The position numbers were made by a program, and so were the translations under genes. Positions 19,191 through 30,583 of a stretch of DNA of 64,000 nt are shown one piece after another. The notes below the pieces were generated by a model, which was not told the origin of the DNA, ran no database searches, and worked only from the letters and a program-made list of their open reading frames with translations. Each line of letters starts with the position of its first letter. The first letter of the stretch is position 1. Source of the DNA: an uncultured Acidobacteriota bacterium (GTDB lineage Bacteria > Acidobacteriota > Vicinamibacteria > Fen-336); the NCBI GenBank assembly GCA_964561785.1, contig CAZLRF010000029.1, positions 1-64,000 on the forward strand. The letters are read 5' to 3'.

Positions 19191-19191
<1 letters not shown>
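17770..19191 (-). CDS. MBL-fold metallo-hydrolase with beta-CASP/RNA-specificity domain (YSH1-like RNase)
   Basis: C-terminal part of track ORF 17770-21216, starting MARLRFLGAARTVTGS; THTHLDHIGR, FSGDVG, ESTYGNR, SGHADG, HGE. ATG overlaps the acnA stop. Confidence 0.92.
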
Positions 19192-21889
<2,698 letters not shown>

Positions 21890-21893
<4 letters not shown>

Positions 21894-22534
21894 GGCCTTC
21901 CTCTCTGCTGTGCAGCCCCGAAGCTTATACCAGCGCGTCGACGGGGGCGGGCGGAGACCGCCGCGCTGTCGGGGTCGAAGAAGCGCAGCCTTCGCGAGGC
22001 CGCCTGCCGGATGCCCACCCGCCGCGCGGCCACCACGCGCCGCGGGGGCGTCCCTTCCCGCAGGGTCAGGGGCGCGTTGCTCTCGAAGATGTGGCGCCCC
22101 GAGAGCCGCGTGTCGATCCCCAGCGCGCGGCAGAGCCTCCCGGGGCCGCGGAGGGCGTCGGGAGCCAGGTCGCTCCCGGGGAGCGGCTCCGCCGCCCGGA
22201 GGAGCACGCAGCCCGCCGTGTCGGGGCCGTCCACCGCCAGGTTGAGGCAGTGGTGCATGCCGTAGACGAAGTAGACGTAGAGGGTGCCGGGGGGGCCGAA
22301 CAGCGGGTCGGTCCGCGGCGTGCGGCCGCGGAACACGTGGGCGGCAGGGTCGCCGGCCCCGAGGTACGCCTCAGCCTCGACGATGCGCGCCGTGAGCGTT
22401 CGCCCACGCGCGCGGCGCACGAGGACGCAGCCGATCAGGCCGCGCGCGGCGTCTTCGGCCGGCCGTGAGAGCAGGGCCCGGAGCCGGGCCCTCGTCCCCC
22501 ACCCGCACGGGCGGGGCTGGCGAAGGGAGGCCAC
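21890..22534 (-). CDS. DNA-3-methyladenine glycosylase (MPG/AAG family)
   Basis: [42 protein letters not shown]; GTG 7 nt after TATACT. Confidence 0.93.
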
Positions 22535-22568
22535 GCGGCGGAGTATAGCCGCGCGCTTCGCGCGTCCC

Positions 22569-22709
22569 TCAGGCCGGCTCGTCGTCCAGGCGGCGGATGT
22601 CGGCCTCGCGCCACGTCACCCGGACGGAGATCGCCCGGACCACGAACCACGCGAGGGCCACCACCGCCACCGTCGGGAGAACCGACATCACGACGTAGAC
22701 CAGCTTCAT
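22569..22709 (-). CDS. 46-aa single-TM small protein
   Basis: ATG at 22709 with GAGGAGG SD; MKLVYVVMSVLPTVAVVALAWFVVRAISVRVTWREADIRRLDDEPA. Confidence 0.6.
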   Translation of the reverse strand: MKLVYVVMSVLPTVAVVALAWFVVRAISVRVTWREADIRRLDDEPA

Positions 22710-22711
22710 CC

Positions 22712-22944
22712 ACCGTCCTCCTCGTTCCCGCGCGCACCAGAGGGGTGCTCCGCGCGAAGCCCTCACCCGCCCCTCGCGGCGCCAACGCCGCGAGTGCGGA
22801 CGCCACCTTTCGGCCTGGAGGAGGGACAGCACCGGGGCCGCGACGGCCCCGAGCTCAGCTGTGGAGCTTCAGGGTGCGAGACACCACGACGGTATCATGG
22901 GCCGTCGTCCCGAGACAACCCTCTGGGTTGTGGTGCCTGCGAGT
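22712..22944 (-). other. Highly structured non-coding region between tRNA-Gln and the small protein gene (candidate ncRNA or structured leader)
   Basis: At least six inverted repeats within about 230 nt; no credible CDS. Confidence 0.35.
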
Positions 22945-23018
22945 TGGCTGGGAGACAGGGATTCGAACCCCGATTCCATGGTCCAGAGCCATGTGTCCTA
23001 CCGTTGGACGATCTCCCA
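22945..23018 (-). tRNA. tRNA-Gln (anticodon CUG)
   Basis: TGGGAGA acceptor stem, anticodon arm CATGG-CTCTGGA-CCATG, GGTTCGAATCC T-loop, encoded CCA; 74 nt. Confidence 0.97.
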
Positions 23019-23033
23019 AGCGCGGCTTCCTTG

Positions 23034-23062
23034 ATCCTAGCCAAAGGCCCGGCGGATTTCAA
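23034..23062 (-). promoter_or_regulatory. Sigma70-type promoter of tRNA-Gln
   Basis: Minus strand TTGAAA (23062-23057), 17-nt spacer, TAGGAT (23039-23034). Confidence 0.7.
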
Positions 23063-23094
23063 CGGTGCTACCATTCCCGCGGAGGCCACTGGTG

Positions 23095-23661
23095 GTGTCG
23101 GCAGCAACCCTTCCGAGCGGCGAACGGCTCGTCACCGGGGAAGAGCTCGCCCGAATGGGCGACGTGGGCCGCTGCGAGCTCGTCGACGGGAGGATCGTGC
23201 CCATGAGCCCGACCGGCTACCAGCACGGCGAGATCGAGGCGAGGATCGCCGAGGCGCTCTCCACCTTCGTGCGGCCGAGGAAGCTCGGACGGGTGCTCAC
23301 CGGCGAGGTGGGGCTCTACACGCGCCGCGACCCGGACCGCGTCCGTGGAGCCGACGTCATCTTCATCAGCGCCGCGGCGTACGCTCGACGCACCCCGGGC
23401 CTGGCCTACCTCGACGTCGCCCCGGAGATCGTCGTCGAGGTGCTGTCGCCCGAGGACAGGGCCGTCGACGTCAACCAGAAGCTCCGCGAGTACTTCGCCA
23501 TCGGCGTCGGCCAGGTCTGGGTGGCCGACCCCCAGGCTCGCGTCCTGACGGTCCACCTCACGCCCACCGACGCCCGGGAGCTCTCCGGGGCCGAGCGTCT
23601 CTCCGGCGGGGACGTGCTCCCGGGGTTCGAGCTCGACGTGGCTTCTCTCTTCGACGAGTAG
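23095..23661 (+). CDS. Uma2 family (PD-(D/E)xK-like) putative endonuclease
   Basis: ELVDGRIVPMSP...HG, PD-like GADV, PEIVVEVLSP, REYFAIGV; GGAGG SD before GTG (23092 or 23095). Confidence 0.88.
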   Translation: MSAATLPSGERLVTGEELARMGDVGRCELVDGRIVPMSPTGYQHGEIEARIAEALSTFVRPRKLGRVLTGEVGLYTRRDPDRVRGADVIFISAAAYARRTPGLAYLDVAPEIVVEVLSPEDRAVDVNQKLREYFAIGVGQVWVADPQARVLTVHLTPTDARELSGAERLSGGDVLPGFELDVASLFDE

Positions 23662-23674
23662 CTTCGTCGAGCCC

Positions 23675-24451
23675 ATGCTCCGCGACACGTCCCGTGAAGC
23701 CGCCGCCGAGTTCCTCGGCACGTTCCTCATCCTCGTCTTCGGCACGGCGTCGGTGGCCCAGAAGGTCCTGAGCGGCGGCGAGCTCGGGTCCGCCCTCTCG
23801 ATCCACCTCTCGTGGGGCCTCGGCGTCACGTTCGGCATCTACGCCTCGGCCGGCGTGTCCGGCGCCCACCTCAACCCGGCCGTGACGCTGAGCGTCGCCG
23901 CGCTGCGCGGCTTCCCGTGGCGAAAGGTCCCCGCGTACGTCCTCGCCCAGACCCTCGGCGCCTTCACGGGGGCCGCGGTCACGTTCCTCACGTACCGCGA
24001 GGCCTTCTCGGCCTTCGACGGCGGGACACGGCAGGTCGCGGGGGAGAAGGCCACGGCGATGATCTTCGCCACCTACCCCCAGCCGTTCCTGAGCGCCTTT
24101 CCCGGCGGCTTCGTCGACCAGGTGGTGGGCACGGCGCTGCTTCTCCTCGTGATCTTCGCCCTCGGCGACCGGCGAAACGCGGGGCCCGCGAGCGGCGGGC
24201 CGGTCCTCGTCGGCGCGCTCGTCGTGGCGATCGGGATGACCTTCGGCATGAACGCCGGCTACGCCATCAACCCCGCGCGCGACCTCGGCCCGCGGGTCTT
24301 CACCGCGCTCGCCGGTTGGGGAGGCGAGGTCTTCACCGCCGGCGGGCACTGGTGGTGGGTGCCGATCGTCGCCCCCTGCCTCGGGGCCGTGCTCGGCGGC
24401 CTTGTCTACGACCGCCTCGTCGGCCGGCACCACCCTCCCGAGCGCGCCTGA
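23675..24451 (+). CDS. MIP family channel, aquaglyceroporin GlpF-like
   Basis: SGAHLNPAVT and GYAINPARDLGPR NPA motifs; IFATYP loop. Confidence 0.94.
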   Translation: MLRDTSREAAAEFLGTFLILVFGTASVAQKVLSGGELGSALSIHLSWGLGVTFGIYASAGVSGAHLNPAVTLSVAALRGFPWRKVPAYVLAQTLGAFTGAAVTFLTYREAFSAFDGGTRQVAGEKATAMIFATYPQPFLSAFPGGFVDQVVGTALLLLVIFALGDRRNAGPASGGPVLVGALVVAIGMTFGMNAGYAINPARDLGPRVFTALAGWGGEVFTAGGHWWWVPIVAPCLGAVLGGLVYDRLVGRHHPPERA

Positions 24452-24456
24452 CGCCC

Positions 24457-26235
24457 GTGCTCGCCCTCCTCCTCCTGCTCGCCGCGGCCTCGCCCTTGCC
24501 CGCGGAGAGCCGGCAGATGGTCCTGTCGGTGAGTGCGGGCTGGGACTCGACGCCGGCGCTCCTCCAGGCGTACGAGAGACCCGCGGTAGGGGCTCCGTGG
24601 CGGCCGGTGGGCCCGCCGATCGAGGCGTCGCTCGGCCGGTCCGGCCTCGCCTGGGGCCGCGGGCTCCATCCGCCGGGGCTCCCCGGCCCGCACAAGCGCG
24701 AGGGCGACGGAAAGTCGCCGGCCGGGATCTTCGAGCTGCGGCTCGTGACGGGCGACGACCCCGCGCCCCCGGTCGGCACGCTCCTGCCCTACCGCGAGGC
24801 CACCGCCACGCTGCGCTGCGTCGACGACCCCCGTTCGACCCACTACAACCGGCTCGCCGACGAGGCGACGGTCGCGAAGGACTGGTCCTCGGCCGAGGAC
24901 ATGCGGCGCAAGGACGACCTGTACCGCCTCGTCGTGTGGGTGGGCCACAACGACGCCCCGGTCCTCCCCGGCGGCGGGAGCTGCATCTTCCTGCACCTGC
25001 GCGCGGGCCCCGACTCCGCCACCGCGGGGTGCACGGCCTTCGAGAGAGAGCCGATGGAGCGCCTCCTCCGCTGGCTCGACCCCGCCGCGCGGCCGCTCCT
25101 CGTCCAGCTGCCCGACGCCGAGCACCGCGGCCGCGCCGCGGACTGGGGCCTGCCCGAGCCGCGCCCCCGCGCCCGCGACCTCGGGCTCGCCCCCGGCGTC
25201 TTCCCGCCGGGTCCCCTGAACGCCATCACCGACGTCGCCGGCGTGCGCGTGGGCCACGCGACGCTCGTCGCGGGCGACGCGGTGCGCACCGGGGTCACCG
25301 CCGTCCTGCCCCACGGCGGCAACCTCTTCCAGGACAAGGTGCCGGGCGCCGTCTTCGTCGGCAACGCCTACGGCAAGCTGGCGGGCTCCACCCAGCTCCG
25401 CGAGCTCGGCACGATCGAGACCCCGATCCTCCTCACGAACACCCTCGCGGTGGGCACGGCGGTCGAGGCCGCGGTCGACTGGACGCTCCGCCAGCCCGGC
25501 AACGAGGAGGTCCGCTCGGTGAACGCCCTCGTGGGCGAGACGAACGACGGGGCGCTCGACGACATCCGCTCGCGCCCGGTGCGCGAAGAGCACGTCCTCG
25601 CCGCGATCCGCTCGGCGCGCGGGGGACCCCTCCTCGAGGGCTCGGTCGGCGCGGGGACCGGCACCGTCGCCTTCGGCTGGAAGGGCGGGATCGGGACGGC
25701 CTCGCGTCGTCTGCCGGAGGGCCTCGGGGGCCACACGCTCGGCGTCCTCGTCCAGGCCAACTTCGGCGGCGTCCTCGTGATGGACGGGGTGCCGGTGGGC
25801 CGCGAGCTGGGGCGAGACGCCCCAGGCCCCGCCGACGGCTCCTGCATGATCGTGGTGGCGACCGACGCGCCGCTCGCGTCGCGCGACCTCGAGCGCCTCG
25901 CCGCCCGCGCGGTGTTCGGCCTCGCCCGCACGGGCTCCTCCTACAGCAACGGCAGCGGCGACTACGCGATCGCCTTCTCGACCGCCCCGTCGCTGCGCCG
26001 CCGCCACGGAGACGTCTCCGCGCGCCCGCGCGAGGAGCTGCCGACGGACGCGCTCTCGCCGCTCTTCCAGGCCGTGCTCGAGGCCACCGAGGAGGCCGTC
26101 CTCAACGCGCTGCTGCGGGCCACGACCCTCACCGGCTCGGGGCGGACCGTGGAGGCCCTCCCTCTCGACCGCCTGCGCGCCGTGCTCGCGAAGCACGGGC
26201 GCGCGAGCGCTCAGGGACGGGCCGCAGAGAGGTAG
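24457..26235 (+). CDS. Secreted fusion: L,D-transpeptidase-like (YkuD/COG3786-type) domain + DmpA/peptidase S58 aminopeptidase (592 aa)
   Basis: Signal peptide VLALLLLLAAA; KREGDGKSPAG and GSCIFLH...TAGC; then RARDLG...NAITDVAGVRVGH, GAGTG, QANFGG and NG|SGD autocleavage-type site; one continuous frame. Confidence 0.85.
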   Translation: MLALLLLLAAASPLPAESRQMVLSVSAGWDSTPALLQAYERPAVGAPWRPVGPPIEASLGRSGLAWGRGLHPPGLPGPHKREGDGKSPAGIFELRLVTGDDPAPPVGTLLPYREATATLRCVDDPRSTHYNRLADEATVAKDWSSAEDMRRKDDLYRLVVWVGHNDAPVLPGGGSCIFLHLRAGPDSATAGCTAFEREPMERLLRWLDPAARPLLVQLPDAEHRGRAADWGLPEPRPRARDLGLAPGVFPPGPLNAITDVAGVRVGHATLVAGDAVRTGVTAVLPHGGNLFQDKVPGAVFVGNAYGKLAGSTQLRELGTIETPILLTNTLAVGTAVEAAVDWTLRQPGNEEVRSVNALVGETNDGALDDIRSRPVREEHVLAAIRSARGGPLLEGSVGAGTGTVAFGWKGGIGTASRRLPEGLGGHTLGVLVQANFGGVLVMDGVPVGRELGRDAPGPADGSCMIVVATDAPLASRDLERLAARAVFGLARTGSSYSNGSGDYAIAFSTAPSLRRRHGDVSARPREELPTDALSPLFQAVLEATEEAVLNALLRATTLTGSGRTVEALPLDRLRAVLAKHGRASAQGRAAER

Positions 26236-28817
26236 AGGGCGTTGAGCAGGGCCGCGTAGGTCACGCGGCTCTGGGCCCGGTACTGGGGCCGGAAGCCGAA
26301 GAGCACGACGCGCCCCTTCCCGAGGGGAACCTCCACGAGGGCGGCCTTTCCCCGGAGCCGCTCGCCCCCGAGCAGCCAGCCGGAGAGCAGCGGATCGCCC
26401 TCGCCGTAGCGCAGGACGACCCGGCCCGTCCCGGTCTCGAAGGCCGGCGAGCCCTCGAACCACACGGGCGTCGTCTCGGGCAGACCGTGGGCGAGAGGGT
26501 CGGAAGGGTCGGCCGAGGCGGCGAGGATCGAGCCGGGGCAGAAGAAGGCCGAGGGCTCGACCCCGGAGAGGACGTTCCTCACCGGCAGGGAGAGCTGCTC
26601 GATCGCGAAGAGCGAGGCGGAATCGAGCGCCACGAGCGTCCCACCCCCTTCGACGAACGCGCGCAGCGCCGCCACACCCTCCGGGCCGAGGCCCCCCGTG
26701 TACTCGTCGGGCATCGAGCCTCTCGCGTGGCCGTTCAGGAGGGCGCCCGGCGCCTGGTCGGGGAGGACGATCGCGTCGAAGCGCTCGGCGAGGCTCCCCG
26801 CCCGGACCTCCCGGTCGTGCAGCTCCCGGTGGCCGACGCCCATCTCCTTCTCGAAGACGAACCGCGTCCAGCCCTCGTCCATGCACGGCACCCACGAGCG
26901 GTAGAGGCCGACCCGCGGGCGACGCAGGCGGAGCGATCTCGGGCGCGCGTCGACGCCTCGGGCGGCGAACCCGAGCTCGCTCGCGAGCGAGGCGACCTCG
27001 CGCCGAGCGCTCCCCGGGACGAGCAGCGTCCCCGCGGGAAACGCGCGGTCCCGGTCGGTGAACGCGTCGAGCGCCCAGCGCACGGCCACCTCCCGCTCCA
27101 GCAGGCGGCCGAGCGCCACGAGCTCGCCGCTCGCGTGGCCGATCGCGAGCATCCGGCCGGCTCCCTCGACGCGGCCCGGGGGGACGGGAGAGTCCCGGAG
27201 CGGCTCGACGTCCGCTTCGAAGGGATGGAGGACCGCCTCCGCCTCGGCCCCGAGGAGCAGCGGCAGCGTGTGCGCGGTCACGTCGTAGGGACGGCGGGGC
27301 GGCCCGCCCTCGTGCTCGCGCAGGTCGGGGTATCGCTGGCGCTCGAGGATCGTCTTCGCGAAGCCGCTCGCCGGCTGCTGCATCCTCACCACGAGCGCGC
27401 CCGCCCCGTGGGCGCGGCCGCCGGCGGTGAAGGGGGCACGTGCCCTTTGCACCTCCACCTCGCCGAGCTGCAGCGTCTCGGCGAGGCGCACGACCGCCGA
27501 GGGGTCGCGCTGGCCCGCCGGCACCACGAACGCGAACGGCACGCGCCGCTCGCTCGCCCGGCGGTTCACGCCGAGCGCGGTGCGCAGCCACTGCTCGCGG
27601 TGGGCCGCGGCGTGCTCGAGGATCGCGAGCGACGCCGCCCGCTGCGTCTCGACGATGTCGGCGAGCCGCCAGGTCCCGCCCCGCCACGGGACGGGGTGGT
27701 TCGCGGAGGCCGTCCGCGGGTCGTACCCCGCCGCGCGCCGGGCGATCTCCTCCGGCTTCACCTCGATCGGCGTCGCGAGGCGGGCGGAGGCCGTTTCGGA
27801 GAGCAGCCTCACCCCGCCGTGGGTGTGCGGGTACGCGCGGCCGGGGGTCCACGCGTCGAAGATCGCCCCCGTCACGACCCCCGCCCGGCCCGCGGTCGTC
27901 AGCTGCGCGGCCACGTGGGAGCCGAGGGCGTTCACGGCCGCCACGAGGGCCCCGTCCACGTTGGGCTCCCAGGGGTCGAGGTAGGGGGGCACGAAGATGC
28001 GCGCCCCGCGGGCGCCCATCTGGTGCACGTCGTGGACGATCTGGGGGTGCCACCGGTGGTAGAGGTGGCGCACCGTGAGCCGGGTCTCGGCCTGCGTGAA
28101 CGCGTACCAGTCGCGGTTGTTGTCGTGGCCGACGTAGGGGTGGTAGAGGACCGGCGGCGACGTGCCCTCGAACGGCGTCCCCTCCTGCCGCGCGGCCCAC
28201 TCGGCCACGATGTCGGTCCCGTCGGGGTTGTGCGACGGCAGGACGAGGAGCACCGTCGCGTCGAGCGCCGCGCGCAGGGGTCCCTCGTCCGTCGTGGCGA
28301 GCTGCTCGAGCAGCCGCAGCGACGCGAGCGTCCCGCCCACCTCGGTCGAGTGGATCGAGAACGCCATCGCGACGATCGCCTTCCCCTCGCGCACGAGCCG
28401 CTCCGCCTCGTCCTCGGACAGCCCGCGCGGGTCGGCGATCCGCGCGTTCGCCCGCCGGATCTCCTCGAGCCGCGCCTGGTTTCGCTCGGACGTCACGATC
28501 GCGAGCACGAAGGGCCGGCCCCCGGTCGTCTTCCCGACCTCCTCGACCCTCACCCGCTCGGAGGCCGCGTCGAGCGCCTTCAGGTACTCGACCACCTGCC
28601 CCCAGCCCGCGAGCTTGCCGTCCTCGCCCGGCACGAAGCCGAGGACCGACGCGGGGGCGGGGATCGGGTGTGCGGCGGGCGCCGCCGGGCCGCACAGCAC
28701 GACCGCGGCGAGGACGTGGGCGACGCCCACCACCAGGGCGAGACGCGTCCGCCCGGGACGGGGTGGGAGGCGAGCCGCGTGTCTCGTGCGCGGCGTGCCG
28801 GGACGCTGCGGCGTCAC
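26211..28817 (-). CDS. M14 family zinc carboxypeptidase-like protein
   Basis: SIHSTE (HxxE), NPDG, DNNRDW, DVHQM. The start is uncertain; GTG overlapping the thioredoxin stop is chosen. Confidence 0.85.
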   Translation of the reverse strand: MTPQRPGTPRTRHAARLPPRPGRTRLALVVGVAHVLAAVVLCGPAAPAAHPIPAPASVLGFVPGEDGKLAGWGQVVEYLKALDAASERVRVEEVGKTTGGRPFVLAIVTSERNQARLEEIRRANARIADPRGLSEDEAERLVREGKAIVAMAFSIHSTEVGGTLASLRLLEQLATTDEGPLRAALDATVLLVLPSHNPDGTDIVAEWAARQEGTPFEGTSPPVLYHPYVGHDNNRDWYAFTQAETRLTVRHLYHRWHPQIVHDVHQMGARGARIFVPPYLDPWEPNVDGALVAAVNALGSHVAAQLTTAGRAGVVTGAIFDAWTPGRAYPHTHGGVRLLSETASARLATPIEVKPEEIARRAAGYDPRTASANHPVPWRGGTWRLADIVETQRAASLAILEHAAAHREQWLRTALGVNRRASERRVPFAFVVPAGQRDPSAVVRLAETLQLGEVEVQRARAPFTAGGRAHGAGALVVRMQQPASGFAKTILERQRYPDLREHEGGPPRRPYDVTAHTLPLLLGAEAEAVLHPFEADVEPLRDSPVPPGRVEGAGRMLAIGHASGELVALGRLLEREVAVRWALDAFTDRDRAFPAGTLLVPGSARREVASLASELGFAARGVDARPRSLRLRRPRVGLYRSWVPCMDEGWTRFVFEKEMGVGHRELHDREVRAGSLAERFDAIVLPDQAPGALLNGHARGSMPDEYTGGLGPEGVAALRAFVEGGGTLVALDSASLFAIEQLSLPVRNVLSGVEPSAFFCPGSILAASADPSDPLAHGLPETTPVWFEGSPAFETGTGRVVLRYGEGDPLLSGWLLGGERLRGKAALVEVPLGKGRVVLFGFRPQYRAQSRVTYAALLNALYLSAARP

Positions 28818-29257
28818 GGCGAGGCGACGAGCGCCTGCAGACGGCCCGCCAGCTCCTCGTAGCTCGTGGCCCCCACGATCCGGGACGCCTCCTGGCCGTT
28901 CTTGAAGAAGACGAACGTGGGGACGGCGGCGATCGCGTACCTCGCGGTCAGGGCGCCCTGGACGCTCACGTCCACCGTGCCGACGAGGGCCCGGCCGTCG
29001 AAGTCGGAGGCGAGGCGCGTGACGATGGGACCCATCGCCTGGCAGTAGGGTCAGGTGGGCGACTGGAACTCCACGAGGCTCGGCCGGGGCGCCAGGAGGA
29101 CGAGCGAGTCGAAGTTGCCCGACTCGAGGACGACGAGCTTCGACGCGCCGCCGCCCGAGGCCGCGGGAGTCGACGCCGCCGGCGACGAGGAGCCGCCCCC
29201 GCCGCAGCTCGCCGCGAGAGCGCTCGCCACCAGCACCACCGCCGCTCTGCGCCTCAC
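28814..29257 (-). CDS. Thioredoxin-family lipoprotein with in-frame UGA, probable selenoprotein (U-P-Y-C)
   Basis: Track ORFs 29051-29494 and 28814-29035 are in the same frame, separated only by TGA-CCC-TAC-TGC-CAG-GCG. GTG start with AAGGAGG SD, lipobox LAASC, continuous Trx fold (NFD..VL..P.LVEF, VPTFVFFKNG). Confidence 0.85.
29021..29039 (-). promoter_or_regulatory. Bacterial SECIS-like hairpin
   Basis: GGCGAUGG-GUC-CCAUCGUC begins 11 nt after the UGA; the apical loop is 19 nt from the UGA and starts with GU. Confidence 0.65.
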
Positions 29258-29388
29258 GCGGTCCTCCTTCCCCGGGGTCGAGATTAGCACGAGGCCGGGG
29301 CCGCACCGGCCCTCGCTCGCCGCCGACGGTGCCGTCGTGCCGTCCGAAGTTCCTTGAAAATCGAAAGCAGGCCGTTCAATATTCAAGG

Positions 29389-30552
29389 ATGCGGATCCTC
29401 CCTCGGCCCGCCCTCGCCCGGCGAGTCGAGACCGCCCTCGGCCGGGCCCCGGTGACAGTCCTCCTCGGCCCTCGGCAGTGCGGCAAGACGACACTCGCCC
29501 GCTCGATCGCTCGCGACCGCAGGGCCGCGGTCCTCGACCTCGAGAACCCCCGCGACGACGCGCGGCTGGCGGAGCCCCTGCTGGCGCTCGAGGGGATGCG
29601 CGACCTGGTCGTCCTCGACGAGATCCAGCGCCGCCCCGACCTGCTGCCCGTCCTGCGGGTGCTGGCCGACCGCCGCCCGCTCCCCGCGCGGTTCCTGCTC
29701 CTCGGCAGCGCCTCTCCCGGGCTCGTCCGGGGCGCCTCCGAGTCGCTGGCGGGGCGGGTCGAGTTCGTCGACATGGGCGGCTTCTCGGTGGAGGAGGTGG
29801 GGGAGCGTCAGTGGCGCCGGCTCTGGACCCGGGGAGGGTTCCCCGAGGCCTTCCGGGCGCGCTCCCGTGAGGCGAGCGCCGCCTGGCGCGAGGGCTTCGT
29901 CCGGACGTTCCTCGAGCGGGACCTGCCGCAGCTCGGCGTCCAGGTCCCGGCGGCGATGCTCCGCCGCTTCTGGACCATGCTCGCCCACTACCACGGCCAG
30001 ACGTGGAACAGCTCGGCCATCGCGTCCTCCCTCGGCCTCTCGCAACCCACGACCCGGCGCTACCTCGACCTCCTCACCGACGCGTTCGTGGTCCGCCAGC
30101 TCCCGCCCTGGTTCGAGAACGCCGGCAAGAGGGTGGTGAAGTCGCCCAAGGTCTACGTCCGCGACTCGGGGCTTCTGCACACCCTGCTCGGCATCGAGGA
30201 CGAGGCGTCCCTCGAGTCCCATCCGAAGCTCGGCGCCTCCTGGGAGGGCTTCGTGCTCGAGCAGGTCCTCGCCTGGCCCATCGAGCGCCAGGCCTGGTTC
30301 TGGGCCACGCACGCGGGCGCCGAGATCGACCTCGTCGTGGTGCGGGGGTCCCACCGATGGGGCTTCGAGTTCAAGTACGCGGACGCGCCGCGGATGACCC
30401 GCTCCATCCACGTCGCCCTTGCCGACCTCAGGCTCGACCGCGTGTTCGTGGTTTCGCCGGGGGAGAGGTCCTATCCTCTGCACGACCGCGTCGAGTGCGT
30501 CTGCCTGGCCGACCTGCCGCGAATCCGTCGGATCGTGATGGGGGGACCGTGA
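29389..30552 (+). CDS. AAA_14 ATPase with DUF4143 domain
   Basis: GPRQCGKT Walker A, VVLDEIQ Walker B, LLGSAS, ESLAGR, GGFP, KSPKVYVRDSG, EIDLV. Confidence 0.9.
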   Translation: MRILPRPALARRVETALGRAPVTVLLGPRQCGKTTLARSIARDRRAAVLDLENPRDDARLAEPLLALEGMRDLVVLDEIQRRPDLLPVLRVLADRRPLPARFLLLGSASPGLVRGASESLAGRVEFVDMGGFSVEEVGERQWRRLWTRGGFPEAFRARSREASAAWREGFVRTFLERDLPQLGVQVPAAMLRRFWTMLAHYHGQTWNSSAIASSLGLSQPTTRRYLDLLTDAFVVRQLPPWFENAGKRVVKSPKVYVRDSGLLHTLLGIEDEASLESHPKLGASWEGFVLEQVLAWPIERQAWFWATHAGAEIDLVVVRGSHRWGFEFKYADAPRMTRSIHVALADLRLDRVFVVSPGERSYPLHDRVECVCLADLPRIRRIVMGGP

Positions 30553-30583
30553 TGAGGACGAGACCGGACGAGGGACGCTCTCC

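Noticed and set aside
22945-23661. tRNA-Gln next to a Uma2 nuclease as a possible island integration site
   Set aside because: No integrase, no duplicated tRNA 3' end seen in the window, and no compositional shift.
29051-29053. Thioredoxin as a nonsense pseudogene
   Set aside because: The TGA falls exactly on the catalytic Cys position, the rest of the frame is intact and a SECIS-like hairpin follows, so Sec recoding is more parsimonious. It is not excluded without evidence of sel genes.
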